Below, in pieces: positions 11,501-19,278 of a stretch of 64,000 nt of DNA. This DNA is from Abditibacterium sp. GTDB taxonomy: Bacteria > Armatimonadota > Abditibacteriia > Abditibacteriales > Abditibacteriaceae. Below the pieces are notes generated by a model, which saw only the letters and a program-made list of their open reading frames with translations, was not told the origin of the DNA and did no database searches. Every line of letters starts with the position of its first letter. Position 1 is the first letter of the stretch. Position numbers and translations under genes: made by a program. The DNA is taken from positions 4,352,001 through 4,416,000 of the forward strand of contig CBDASK010000003.1 in the NCBI GenBank assembly GCA_965199495.1. The letters run 5' to 3'.

Positions 11501-12029
11501 CACTGAAATTCTGCGGCCCCGTCACGTCCAAAGCGGCGCTGGTCAGCAATTGCATTGACAGCGCGGGTTTGACCCACGGCCCACCACTGCCCGTCCAACC
11601 CGGCCCGCCGTTGAGATCGAGCGCAATGCCCAACCGCTCGGATTCGCGCACCGCGTGCGCCCACAAACCCTGCCATTCGGGACTCATGAATTTGACCGGG
11701 CCGCGCGGAATGCCGACGTTAACTTCCATGAAAATCAGCCCGCCGATGCCCGCGCGTTTCATCGCTTCGAGATCGGCGGTGATGCCCTGACGGGTGAAGT
11801 TGCCATCCATCACGAACCAGTAAACCCAGGGCCGCGCCGTCGCTGGCGGCGTGGCGAAATCGCGCTCGACGTTGGCTTTAATCGGCACCAAAGCGGGCCG
11901 CGCGAGCGTAGTTGCGGGCGCGGGTGCGACGCGAGGTTGAGCATAGGCGCAACCGGAAAAACCGATGGCGCCTGCGAGTGCGCTGGCCCACAAAAAAGTC
12001 GTCGCGGAGCGCGAGATTTGATATATCAT
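8547..12029 (-). CDS. GH106 alpha-L-rhamnosidase with inserted CBM67-like module, secreted
   Basis: PPATARPWVYWFVMDGN..GITADLEAMKRAGIGG, HIDSWEVG, PMGEFW, GAESFT, NLWPNRLIGD, LPSGLLGPV. Confidence 0.87.
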   Translation of the reverse strand: MIYQISRSATTFLWASALAGAIGFSGCAYAQPRVAPAPATTLARPALVPIKANVERDFATPPATARPWVYWFVMDGNFTRQGITADLEAMKRAGIGGLIFMEVNVGIPRGPVKFMSPEWQGLWAHAVRESERLGIALDLNGGPGWTGSGGPWVKPALSMQLLTSAALDVTGPQNFSGEVPRPANHSNLTDYYKDVRVLAFPKPSGDERTAAIDQKAFINRSSFVSGGASADLPSHSAYPTLPASEVVNGSKIIDLTDKMGADGHLNWQVPSGQWTILRFGATNNGASTLPAPESGVGMESDKFSKAGLDAHFNDFIGPLLKTVGPRVVAPDRGWNNLHIDSWEVGTQNWTPAFISEFKTRRGYDPLPYFPALSGLIVNSPEQSERFLWDWRQTCNELVVQDHVAHFKTIAAQHGFGLTIEPYDKVMASDISLGAPADVPMGEFWGYDPPQQTTFSLPEASSIAHTNGKKIVGAESFTSGGDERWKAYPGNMKELGDWAFTQGVNRFVFHRYQHQPDLDKFPGMTMGPFGIHFERTQTWWDLVPAYTQYLSRSQYLLRQGLSVSDVAFLVAEGAPQTFLAPDSATSGDRNDRLGYSFDAIEGENVIANMTVKNGQLVLPDGTSYRVLVLPERDTMTVPLLRKISQLARDGATVIGPRPLKAPGLTGFPQSDAEIQRLGAALWGNADGVKVTEHRFGKGRVIWQRDTNLNLAEATASPLSGAKWIWYPGGSPASSAPAGNRYFHRTVAVDKLANLKSARIAITADNSFDLSINGVRAGQGDQWQKVYSFDILKNLKNGVNEFAVTANNATDSPSPAGLIAMIRLQYNDGHVVNVPTDSQWQSAQTDAPTAATAPAQELGALTIGPWNLSATVPTPQYGDFGVVTRALKNRGVPMDFESNGPIRNIHRRSADADYYFVANSEDKMVNATCTFRVTGAAPELWNPLTGQRRALPQFTAKNGQISVPLRFEPFQSWFVVFRSAKSAIPKAAPQARLATNFPTLRSAMEVTGPWQVAFNPKFGGPAQTTIPTLSDWSKNSEDGIRYYSGKAVYSKTFVAPKVTAGSPVYLDLGVVDNMANVKLNGRDMGTVWCAPWNVDISSALKAGDNKLEITVANLWPNRLIGDKSLPADKQFTSTTWNPFNANDPLLPSGLLGPVKVMETAGR

Positions 12030-12104
12030 GATAGATTTTTATTTTTGCAACAGAAACGCAGTTGCCGTTTATTTGTAGGGACATGGCGTACTCTGCCCGA
12101 AACG

Positions 12105-12118
12105 TCATAACGTTATGA
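12105..12118. promoter_or_regulatory. Palindromic operator TCATAACGTTATGA (rhamnosidase-associated motif)
   Basis: Perfect 14-bp CG-centred palindrome 76 bp upstream of GH106. The motif recurs upstream of both GH78 units. Confidence 0.62.
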
Positions 12119-12262
12119 ACATGACGCGCGTGCTACTCTGGACAGGGCACCATATCCCTACGTTTCACAATTACAGCGACAGCGCAGGCGGCGTGGCTCA
12201 TGTTGCAGCCACGCCGCGCGCTCCGAATTTTGCTCCGAAACAATCGAAGCAAAACTCCTAAA

Positions 12263-13093
12263 TTAAACGGTGGCGTCCTGTGATTTCGACCAAACCACGG
12301 GAAAATGAGCGCCGCGCGCGGTTTCGCCGTCCGCCGATTCGATGAACTGACCCATCGGGTGCTTATCGCGTTTATCGGCATCGAAGACAGCGCGTTCGGT
12401 CATGAAATGCAGCGCGACGGCGCGGCGCGGGCGCCCCGAAGTGTTGGCGGGCGAGCCGTGCCAAGTGAGTGGATGATGAAAGTGAACGCGCCCGCGCTCG
12501 ACCGGACAGGTCGCGATTTGAATCGGCTCGCCCTCGAACTCTGCGGGCATTTCGTCGAATTTCTTCAAGGTGTGCAGCCAATCGATTTGGTCGCCGAAAC
12601 GCTGTGAGCCGGGCACCATGCTCATGCAACCGTTCTCTTCGTCGGCGTCATCGAGCGCGACCCACGCGGTGAGTTGCACGTCTTTGGGCTGCAAAACCGG
12701 CCAATACGGGGAATCTTGATGCCACATATTCACGCCGCCTTTCTGCGCGGGCTTGTATTGAATTTGGTCATGGAAAAGCCGGATTTCGTGCGCGTCCATT
12801 GCGGCGCCCATTAATTGCCCGATTTCTTCGGCCAAAATCGGGTTGTGAATTAACGCTTCAAAAGCGGGCGAACCTTCCCAGATATTAACGATTTGCCAGA
12901 CCGGAGCGTTCTCGTCGCCCGACAAATTGCAAACCTGAACCGGCTGTTTCTCGGCTTCGACGCCATTTTGAAAATCGGCGATGACGCGCAAAACTTCGTC
13001 GCACAAGACATCGGCCTGGGCGTTATCAATGATTTGCGAGCCTTTGACGAAACCGTCGCGCGCAAAAGATTCGAGTTGAGTTGAGTTGAGCAT
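12263..13093 (-). CDS. Phytanoyl-CoA dioxygenase (PhyH) family Fe(II)/2-oxoglutarate dioxygenase
   Basis: QLESFARDGF, WHQD (HxD), LTAWVALDDADEENGCM..PGS, distal HGS..N.SGRPRRA. Confidence 0.88.
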   Translation of the reverse strand: MLNSTQLESFARDGFVKGSQIIDNAQADVLCDEVLRVIADFQNGVEAEKQPVQVCNLSGDENAPVWQIVNIWEGSPAFEALIHNPILAEEIGQLMGAAMDAHEIRLFHDQIQYKPAQKGGVNMWHQDSPYWPVLQPKDVQLTAWVALDDADEENGCMSMVPGSQRFGDQIDWLHTLKKFDEMPAEFEGEPIQIATCPVERGRVHFHHPLTWHGSPANTSGRPRRAVALHFMTERAVFDADKRDKHPMGQFIESADGETARGAHFPVVWSKSQDATV

Positions 13094-13118
13094 AATTTTT
13101 TAGTGAAAACCGGGTTTC

Positions 13119-13187
13119 AGTAAAACATCTCTATGCAAAAGAAAATTGACTGCGCGGCGCCACGATTTGACGTTTTCTGCGCTTCAC
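13119..13187 (-). promoter_or_regulatory. Duplicated promoter / AraC-type activator site, copy 1 (upstream of phyH-like gene)
   Basis: 69-bp ungapped match (55/69) to 14288-14356, with TTGA half-sites 21 bp apart. Confidence 0.6.
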
Positions 13188-13364
13188 TGGGTGTACTGGA
13201 AAGTGTCACTCTAAAAAAGGACTTCTCTCAAAGATCGTCAATGAGAATGAGACAACGAAATCGCCCCACTTTAGATAGAGCGATTTTAAGTTGGTCAAAG
13301 TTTTATTTTTAGGGTTGGTCGTTGAAAGGGTGTGCCCGTCGCAAAACGGTGTGCGATCCGCAAA

Positions 13365-14138
13365 TTACGGAACGGGATTGAAAGTCGGACTGTTACCCGA
13401 AAGCGGGGCGGCGCCCGGTGTCGGACAGTTGCCACCGGGGTATACAGCACCGCCGACGACTGACGGCGTGCAGGCGTTATAAACGGTCGCGCTTTGGTTG
13501 AGCGTTTGGCCCTTATAAGCCTTGACGTGACCATCGGTAAACAGAAAGTTCTGGGTTTCCAGATGGCGCTGCGCGGCACCATCCGTAGTTGTCTCCAAGT
13601 TGGCAGCACCGTTAACCGTTCCAACGGGAGCGATGCCCACGGAATAGTTACCGCTCGTGCCGTTTGCATAGTCCGCAGCCATAACGGTCAACACGGGTTG
13701 AGTTAAAGCGGCCAGCGACAAACCACGCATATCTTGTTGTTGCGAATACCCCAGCGTGAGATTATAGGTGTAGTCGGAGTAACCTACCGCATTTGGATTG
13801 AGGGTTCCGCCTGGCCCGCTGGTGTTTGGCCCGTTGGTCTCGCTGGGGCACTGAAGAATTTGCGTGCTTTTCACGTAGGGTTGCATGAGAGAAAAAACAC
13901 CATCGTTGTCATTTCCCGAATTACCGCCGCGCAAAATCGGATATTTTTCGTCGTAATCCTGGACGTATTGCAGCAAGCCCAGGCCAATCTGCTTGAGATT
14001 GCTGGAACACGACGAACGACGCGCGTTTTCCCTCGCGCGGGCGAAGACGGGAAACAGAATGGCGGCTAAGATCGCGATGATGGCGATGACTACCAAAAGT
14101 TCGATCAAAGTAAATGCGGAGCGAAATGAATTTTTCAT
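13365..14138 (-). CDS. DUF1559 (PF07596) prepilin-type N-terminal methylation protein with H-X9-DG motif
   Basis: [67 protein letters not shown]. Confidence 0.93.
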   Translation of the reverse strand: MKNSFRSAFTLIELLVVIAIIAILAAILFPVFARARENARRSSCSSNLKQIGLGLLQYVQDYDEKYPILRGGNSGNDNDGVFSLMQPYVKSTQILQCPSETNGPNTSGPGGTLNPNAVGYSDYTYNLTLGYSQQQDMRGLSLAALTQPVLTVMAADYANGTSGNYSVGIAPVGTVNGAANLETTTDGAAQRHLETQNFLFTDGHVKAYKGQTLNQSATVYNACTPSVVGGAVYPGGNCPTPGAAPLSGNSPTFNPVP

Positions 14139-14287
14139 GTTGATTGAAGTGGCAAAGCCACGAAAGTGCCTCGAAAATTGAGCGCTAAGAACAAGTCCGC
14201 ATCGGGCCAGAACACGGTGTTTGGATGCAGAGCCGACCAGTAAAAATTAAGTTGGCTGGGCATAGTTCTCCAATTAAACCGTTGTTT

Positions 14288-14356
14288 AGTAAAACTGCTC
14301 TGTGCCACAAAAATTTGACTGTGCCGCGCCATTATTTGATGTTTCCTGCGTTTCAC
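14288..14356 (-). promoter_or_regulatory. Duplicated promoter / AraC-type activator site, copy 2 (DUF1559/isomerase divergent region)
   Basis: Same orientation as 13119-13187, 80% identity. Confidence 0.6.
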
Positions 14357-14401
14357 CGAGCGCGACCGACTATTTTGCGTCAACCTTTTCTTCTAACAAC
14401 C

Positions 14402-15853
14402 ATGAACCCTCCTTCTCATCCTACGCGCATCGGACTTTTCGGCATCGGCCTCGACACTTACTGGCCCCAATTTCCCGGCCTCGAAGCCCGCTTGCAATGC
14501 TATCTGGGCGAGGTCGAAAATCGCATCGCGCGTCCGGGCGTCGAGGTCGTGAACCTCGGTTTGATCGACACGCCAGAAAAAGCGATGGAAGCCGGTCACG
14601 ATTTTCGGCGCGCCGATGTCGATGTGATTTTCCTGCACGTCACGACTTACGCGCTTTCATCCACGGTGCTGCCCGTCGTGCGCCGCGCCAAAGTGCCGGT
14701 GATTATCCTCAACCTCGCGCCCGATGCGGCCATTGATTACGCGGCGTTCAATGCGCTGGGCGACCGCACGCAGATGACGGGCGAATGGCTGGCGTATTGT
14801 TCGGCGTGTCCCGTGCCCGAAATCGCCAACGTGTTTGGGCGCGCGGGCATTGATTTTCATCAAATCACCGGCATTTTGGGCGAGACACGCGACGAAGACC
14901 CGGCGTGCTGGAACGAAGTGGACGAATGGATCGAAGCCGCGCGCGTGCAGAGCATCATGGAGCGCAATCGCTTAGGTTTGATGGGCCATCCTTACGGCGG
15001 GATGCTCGATATTTACTCGGATTTGACGCTGCAAACCGCTATTTTTGGCGGACACATGGAGATTTTGGAAGTGGACGAACTCGCCGCCAAACGCCGCGAG
15101 GTGACGAGCGAACAAATCGCGGATCGCGTCGCGCATTTGCACAAGGCGTTCGACGTGCAAGCCGACTGCGAACCCGCCGAACTCGAACGCGCGGCGCGCA
15201 CTTCGGTCGCGCTCGACCAACTGGTGGAAGAGCACGATTTGGGTTCGCTGGCCTATTATTACATGGGCAGCGGCAACGCCGACAACGAGGACACGATTTC
15301 CTCGATTATTCTGGGCACCTCGCTGTTGACGGCGCGCGGCATTCCGGTCGCTGGCGAATACGAAGTGAAAAACGCCCAAGCGATGAAAATTCTCGATTCG
15401 TTTGGTGCCGGTGGCTCCTTCACCGAGTATTATGCCCTTGACTTCAACGAAGATTTGGTGTTGATGGGCCACGATGGGCCGGGGCACATTCAGATCGCGC
15501 AGGGCCAAACTAAGGTGCGGCCACTCAAGGTGTATCACGGCAAAGTCGGGCGCGGTTTAAGCGTCGAAATGGCCGTCGAACAAGGGCCGGTCACGCTACT
15601 TTCGGTCGTCGAAGACCCGCGCAAAGGCACGCTCAAATTGTTGGTGGCGCAGGGCGAATCGGTGCCGGGGCCGATTCTGGAAATCGGCAACACCAACTCG
15701 CGCTATCGCTTTTCCATCGGCGCGCGCCGCTTTGTCAATGAGTGGAACGCGCGTGGCCCGGCCCATCACTGTGCTGTTGGCGTCGGGCACGTCGCGCCGA
15801 AGTTGCAGAAGTTGGCGCTGTTACTCGGCATCGAAATGGTGCAGGTTTGTTGA
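14402..15853 (+). CDS. L-fucose/L-arabinose isomerase family protein
   Basis: RIGLFGIGLDTYWPQF, GGMLDIYSD, AGEYEVKN, GSFTEYY, MGHDGPGH, GPAHHCAVG. Start moved to ATG 14402. Confidence 0.85.
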   Translation: MNPPSHPTRIGLFGIGLDTYWPQFPGLEARLQCYLGEVENRIARPGVEVVNLGLIDTPEKAMEAGHDFRRADVDVIFLHVTTYALSSTVLPVVRRAKVPVIILNLAPDAAIDYAAFNALGDRTQMTGEWLAYCSACPVPEIANVFGRAGIDFHQITGILGETRDEDPACWNEVDEWIEAARVQSIMERNRLGLMGHPYGGMLDIYSDLTLQTAIFGGHMEILEVDELAAKRREVTSEQIADRVAHLHKAFDVQADCEPAELERAARTSVALDQLVEEHDLGSLAYYYMGSGNADNEDTISSIILGTSLLTARGIPVAGEYEVKNAQAMKILDSFGAGGSFTEYYALDFNEDLVLMGHDGPGHIQIAQGQTKVRPLKVYHGKVGRGLSVEMAVEQGPVTLLSVVEDPRKGTLKLLVAQGESVPGPILEIGNTNSRYRFSIGARRFVNEWNARGPAHHCAVGVGHVAPKLQKLALLLGIEMVQVC

Positions 15854-15860
15854 GGTATGG

Positions 15861-16005
15861 AAGCGAATGAATTCGCAGCCACAGTTAAGTGTCGGCCTGC
15901 GCCGACACGAAAAAATTTTGAGAGTGACGCCCAGTTTTTCTTGGTAATAAACTCTTCGTGTCGGCGCAGGCCGACACTTAACTGTGGCTGCGAATTCATT
16001 CGCTT
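15861..16005. repeat. REPIN/MITE-like long inverted repeat
   Basis: Perfect 51-bp arms (15861-15911, 15955-16005) with a 43-nt spacer. The arms contain GCGAATGAATTCGC and GTGTCGGC-CTGC-GCCGACAC hairpins. Confidence 0.9.
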
Positions 16006-16044
16006 TCTTTGTAACGAAATTTAAACAACGTTTGCTCCGCTTCG

Positions 16045-17001
16045 ATGCCCTCGCTTAATTTCCAATTTTCGCCCCGCGCCAACATCGCTTTGATGTCCTG
16101 CGATTTTGCGTCGCTGGGCGCGAGCGGTGCGCTCGAATTAGTTTTGCGCCGCGAATTTTATGCGGCGGGTGAAACAACGGGAACTCATTTGCACCGCGAT
16201 TTTTGCGCGCTTTACGTGGTCAAAAGCGGGCGTGGTGTTCATCAAATCGACGGCATTCCGTTTGGCATCGCGCGCGGCGACGTTTACCTGTTGCCGCCCG
16301 GCGCGCGCCACGCTTACACCGGTTACCAAAACCTGGAAATCGACGCTTTTTATTTCCCGCCCGCTTTATGGAGTGACGAAGAATTAGGCGCTTTGCGCGA
16401 AGTATCGGGCTTTTGGCATTTGCTGCTGGAAAACGAGGCGCGGCGTCTTCATCTGACGCCCGAATTGCACGCCCAAATTGAAACGTCCATCGCCGAAATG
16501 CGTATCGAAGCCGCCACCAACGAACGCGCCACGCCATTTCTACTGCGCGCCTTATTTTTCCGACTCTTGATAAGATTAGCGCGCGCCGCGCCCGCAGCAG
16601 CCACGCCGCCTCGACGCCCTGACGCCGCGCAGGGCGGGAATGCACAAAAAGGCGAACTTCACTTCGCCGAACTTATCGCGTGGTGCGAGGCCAACGTCGA
16701 GCGCGAAATCTCGGTCGCGCAAATGGCGGCGCGCCTGTTTCTCTCGCCCGCTCACTTTGCGCGCGGCTGGAAACGAGAATTTGGCGTGCCGCCCGCCGCT
16801 TATTTGCGACGCCTCAAATTGGAGCGCGCGCGAGCGCTCCTCGAACATTCCGATCAGAGCGTGGCCCACATCGCGCGCGTAGTCGGCTTCAAAAGTGCGG
16901 CCCACTTTTCGCGTTCTTTTCGCAATTGTTACAGCGTGTCGCCACTGCAATTTCGCCGCACGGTGACGCTTAAATCGAGCGCGCTGGCGAACTCAACTTG
17001 A
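16045..17001 (+). CDS. AraC-family transcriptional regulator
   Basis: N-terminal cupin (HLHRDF..GRGVH..GDVYLLPPG.RH) and C-terminal double HTH (SVAHIARVVGFKSAAHFSRSF..SPLQFRR). Confidence 0.92.
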   Translation: MPSLNFQFSPRANIALMSCDFASLGASGALELVLRREFYAAGETTGTHLHRDFCALYVVKSGRGVHQIDGIPFGIARGDVYLLPPGARHAYTGYQNLEIDAFYFPPALWSDEELGALREVSGFWHLLLENEARRLHLTPELHAQIETSIAEMRIEAATNERATPFLLRALFFRLLIRLARAAPAAATPPRRPDAAQGGNAQKGELHFAELIAWCEANVEREISVAQMAARLFLSPAHFARGWKREFGVPPAAYLRRLKLERARALLEHSDQSVAHIARVVGFKSAAHFSRSFRNCYSVSPLQFRRTVTLKSSALANST

Positions 17002-17134
17002 TTTGAACGCGCTTGAAATTTGCGAGCCACTAAAATAGAAAACGCGCGCGTGGCATCGCGGCGTGAGTTTGGCGTTGCTTCTCTACCGCTCCAGCCGCCG
17101 CGCCTTTAAATTTGAGTCGCGCGCCGCGCACCAA

Positions 17135-17168
17135 CAAAAGCCGCGATCCGATCCGATCGCGGCTTTTG
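17135..17168. terminator. Bidirectional intrinsic terminator
   Basis: CAAAAGCCGCGATC-N6-GATCGCGGCTTTTG between convergent genes. Confidence 0.75.
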
Positions 17169-17207
17169 GTTTGAGTTTTATATTCGACAACGGCGATTAA
17201 AAATGCC

Positions 17208-17987
17208 TTAGTTGCGTGGAGCGTCTATCGCCTCAACTTTGTTTTTAGCGGCGGCGGTGGCAACGACATCTGCGGCGATGAAGGGAGCGGCTTCCTGGCG
17301 AATCGTTGCGATGGCCTGTTGCATCGCCGGTGTTTTCAGCATTTTGTCGATGACATCTTTGGCGAGCAGTCGGGCCGCTTCGGTGTCGGTGGGATAATGA
17401 ACGCCGCCCACAATGCGACCCCACATAACGCGATGGGTCATTTCATCGAAACCATCGGCTTTGTCCGGGAAAGCGGCGGCGAGAACGAAATCGGGGATGG
17501 CCGTGCCATAGACGTGGCCGCTGGGATAACTGCCAGCATCGCCAATCCTGCCAGCAACGGGAGAGACGAGATTGGAACGCGTGTAAGGCCGTGGGCGCTG
17601 CCATTTCTTCTTGGCATCTTCTTTTACTTTGTCGGTCACCTTGGTGACCTGTCGCAGAATATCCGCCGTTTTAGGCAAGTTTTCCCGCGTGAACCAAGGC
17701 CCCATGACTTCGCGCCCCATCTCGAAAATTGAAGGGCTTTCCATTTTCTTGGCAAGAGCTATGTCCTCCGGTGTGCGGTGAGCCTGCACATAGAGCAACG
17801 TATCGAGATCGGCGAGTCCGGCGGGCGAGTCGTTGGCGGGCGGCGGCGGCAGAATGGAGAAATCGGTGCCCGGCGGCAAAAAGATGGGATCATCCGCGTG
17901 GCTGACACTTCCCGTCAGGGCAAGGAAAGAGGCGAGAATTAGAGCAACGAAGGCGCTGCCAATTTTTTTACGGGAAGTGAGAATCAT
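17208..17987 (-). CDS. Class A non-specific acid phosphatase (PAP2 superfamily), secreted
   Basis: KKKWQRPRP, SYPSGH and GRIVGGVHYPTD motifs; signal peptide. Confidence 0.9.
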   Translation of the reverse strand: MILTSRKKIGSAFVALILASFLALTGSVSHADDPIFLPPGTDFSILPPPPANDSPAGLADLDTLLYVQAHRTPEDIALAKKMESPSIFEMGREVMGPWFTRENLPKTADILRQVTKVTDKVKEDAKKKWQRPRPYTRSNLVSPVAGRIGDAGSYPSGHVYGTAIPDFVLAAAFPDKADGFDEMTHRVMWGRIVGGVHYPTDTEAARLLAKDVIDKMLKTPAMQQAIATIRQEAAPFIAADVVATAAAKNKVEAIDAPRN

Positions 17988-18267
17988 AGTTCAAGAGATG
18001 TCTGCTCGACGGAAAAAGTTTAGCGCAGAAGCGTGAAGTCAAGGCTCAGATGAATTGCACTCAAAAAGGTAGCCCCAGATTTTAGATAAGTGACGAACAC
18101 TTTTGTGGTAAGAAAATCCTTCAAAGTTGGCCGATTCTCCTTGCGACCGTGACCAGCGAAATCAAATCCTACGAAACGCTCAAAATGCCCGATTGCAAGT
18201 GGCGCAAGTCGGCTACTCAGAACCGTTATATCTCAGCCATGCAAGTTTAAAAACTTTTTTTATTTTG

Positions 18268-18355
18268 ATGTTTAAAAGTTAATCGAAGTGGGTATACTCA
18301 ATTTAGGCTTAACGTTATGGGTCATTATTTTTTGTTGTTCATCCATAACGTTATA
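18268..18355 (+). promoter_or_regulatory. Promoter plus two CATAACGTTATG-type operators for the DUF1559-GH78 unit
   Basis: ATGTTT-N15-TGGGTATACT (18268-18298); CTTAACGTTATG (18308-18319); CATAACGTTATA (18344-18355). Confidence 0.6.
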
Positions 18356-18370
18356 GGAATTCTTCAGATC

Positions 18371-19168
18371 ATGAAATCTCCCTCTTTCCATCGCTCTCCT
18401 GTTACCAGAAATTCTGGGTTTACTTTGATCGAGCTTCTCGTAGTTATCGCGATTATCGCGATTCTCGCGGCGATTTTGTTCCCGGTTTTCGCCCGCGCGC
18501 GGGAAAACGCGCGTCGTTCGTCTTGCACCAGCAATCTCAAACAGGTCGGTTTGGGAATGCTGCAATACAGTCAAGATTATGACGAACTCATGGTTCGCAC
18601 CAGTTATGGGGTGGGCTTAGGCGATGGTCGTTCCGATGGTTCGCCCGGCAACTTCAAATACAAATGGATGGACGCCATTCAGCCCTATACCAAAAGCACG
18701 CAGATTTTCGTTTGTCCCAGTGATTCTTCGACTTACGGCGGAAAATATGTTCCCAGCGTGCCCGGCGCACCGGCCAACAACGCGGCGTTTGGTTCTTACG
18801 CCATCAACTGTGGGGGCGATGGGCGCACCGGGGCCTCGGTTAACGACCGCGATGTCAATCTGGCCTCGCTTGGAGCACCGGCCACGACGGTGTGGGTTGC
18901 CGATTCGGAAGCGTATGCGACGATTGATCCGGCCTATCGTTTTGTGGGCAACAATTTCACTTTCGATGAGGCCGCGCGGCCCCGTCGTTTGCAAGCCTAT
19001 AATGGCCAATCGGCGGCTTTGGTCGAGCGCCATCTGGAAACTACTAACGTGCTGTTCACCGATGGACACGTTAAGTCGCTAAAGATGAATGTATTGGCCC
19101 AGAATAATCCTGATCCCAACGCGCCCGCTTCGAGCCGCCATCCGATGTTTACCACCGAAGACGATTAA
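18371..19168 (+). CDS. DUF1559 prepilin-type protein with H-X9-DG motif
   Basis: [51 protein letters not shown]. Start moved to ATG 18371. Confidence 0.93.
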   Translation: MKSPSFHRSPVTRNSGFTLIELLVVIAIIAILAAILFPVFARARENARRSSCTSNLKQVGLGMLQYSQDYDELMVRTSYGVGLGDGRSDGSPGNFKYKWMDAIQPYTKSTQIFVCPSDSSTYGGKYVPSVPGAPANNAAFGSYAINCGGDGRTGASVNDRDVNLASLGAPATTVWVADSEAYATIDPAYRFVGNNFTFDEAARPRRLQAYNGQSAALVERHLETTNVLFTDGHVKSLKMNVLAQNNPDPNAPASSRHPMFTTEDD

Positions 19169-19210
19169 TTCCTCTTCGATTTCGCTCATTTCAAACGCCC
19201 GCGCGCAACG

Positions 19211-19256
19211 AGAAAGCGGCTGTCTTGTTCTTAACCAAGGCGGTCGCTTTCTTTTC
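19211..19256 (+). terminator. Intra-operon hairpin or partial terminator between DUF1559 and GH78
   Basis: AGAAAGCGGCTGTCTTG-N8-CAAGGCGGTCGCTTTCT followed by TTT. It pairs fully only on the + strand (three G-U pairs). Confidence 0.55.
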
Positions 19257-19278
19257 GCCTTGCTGCCCTACTCTCACG

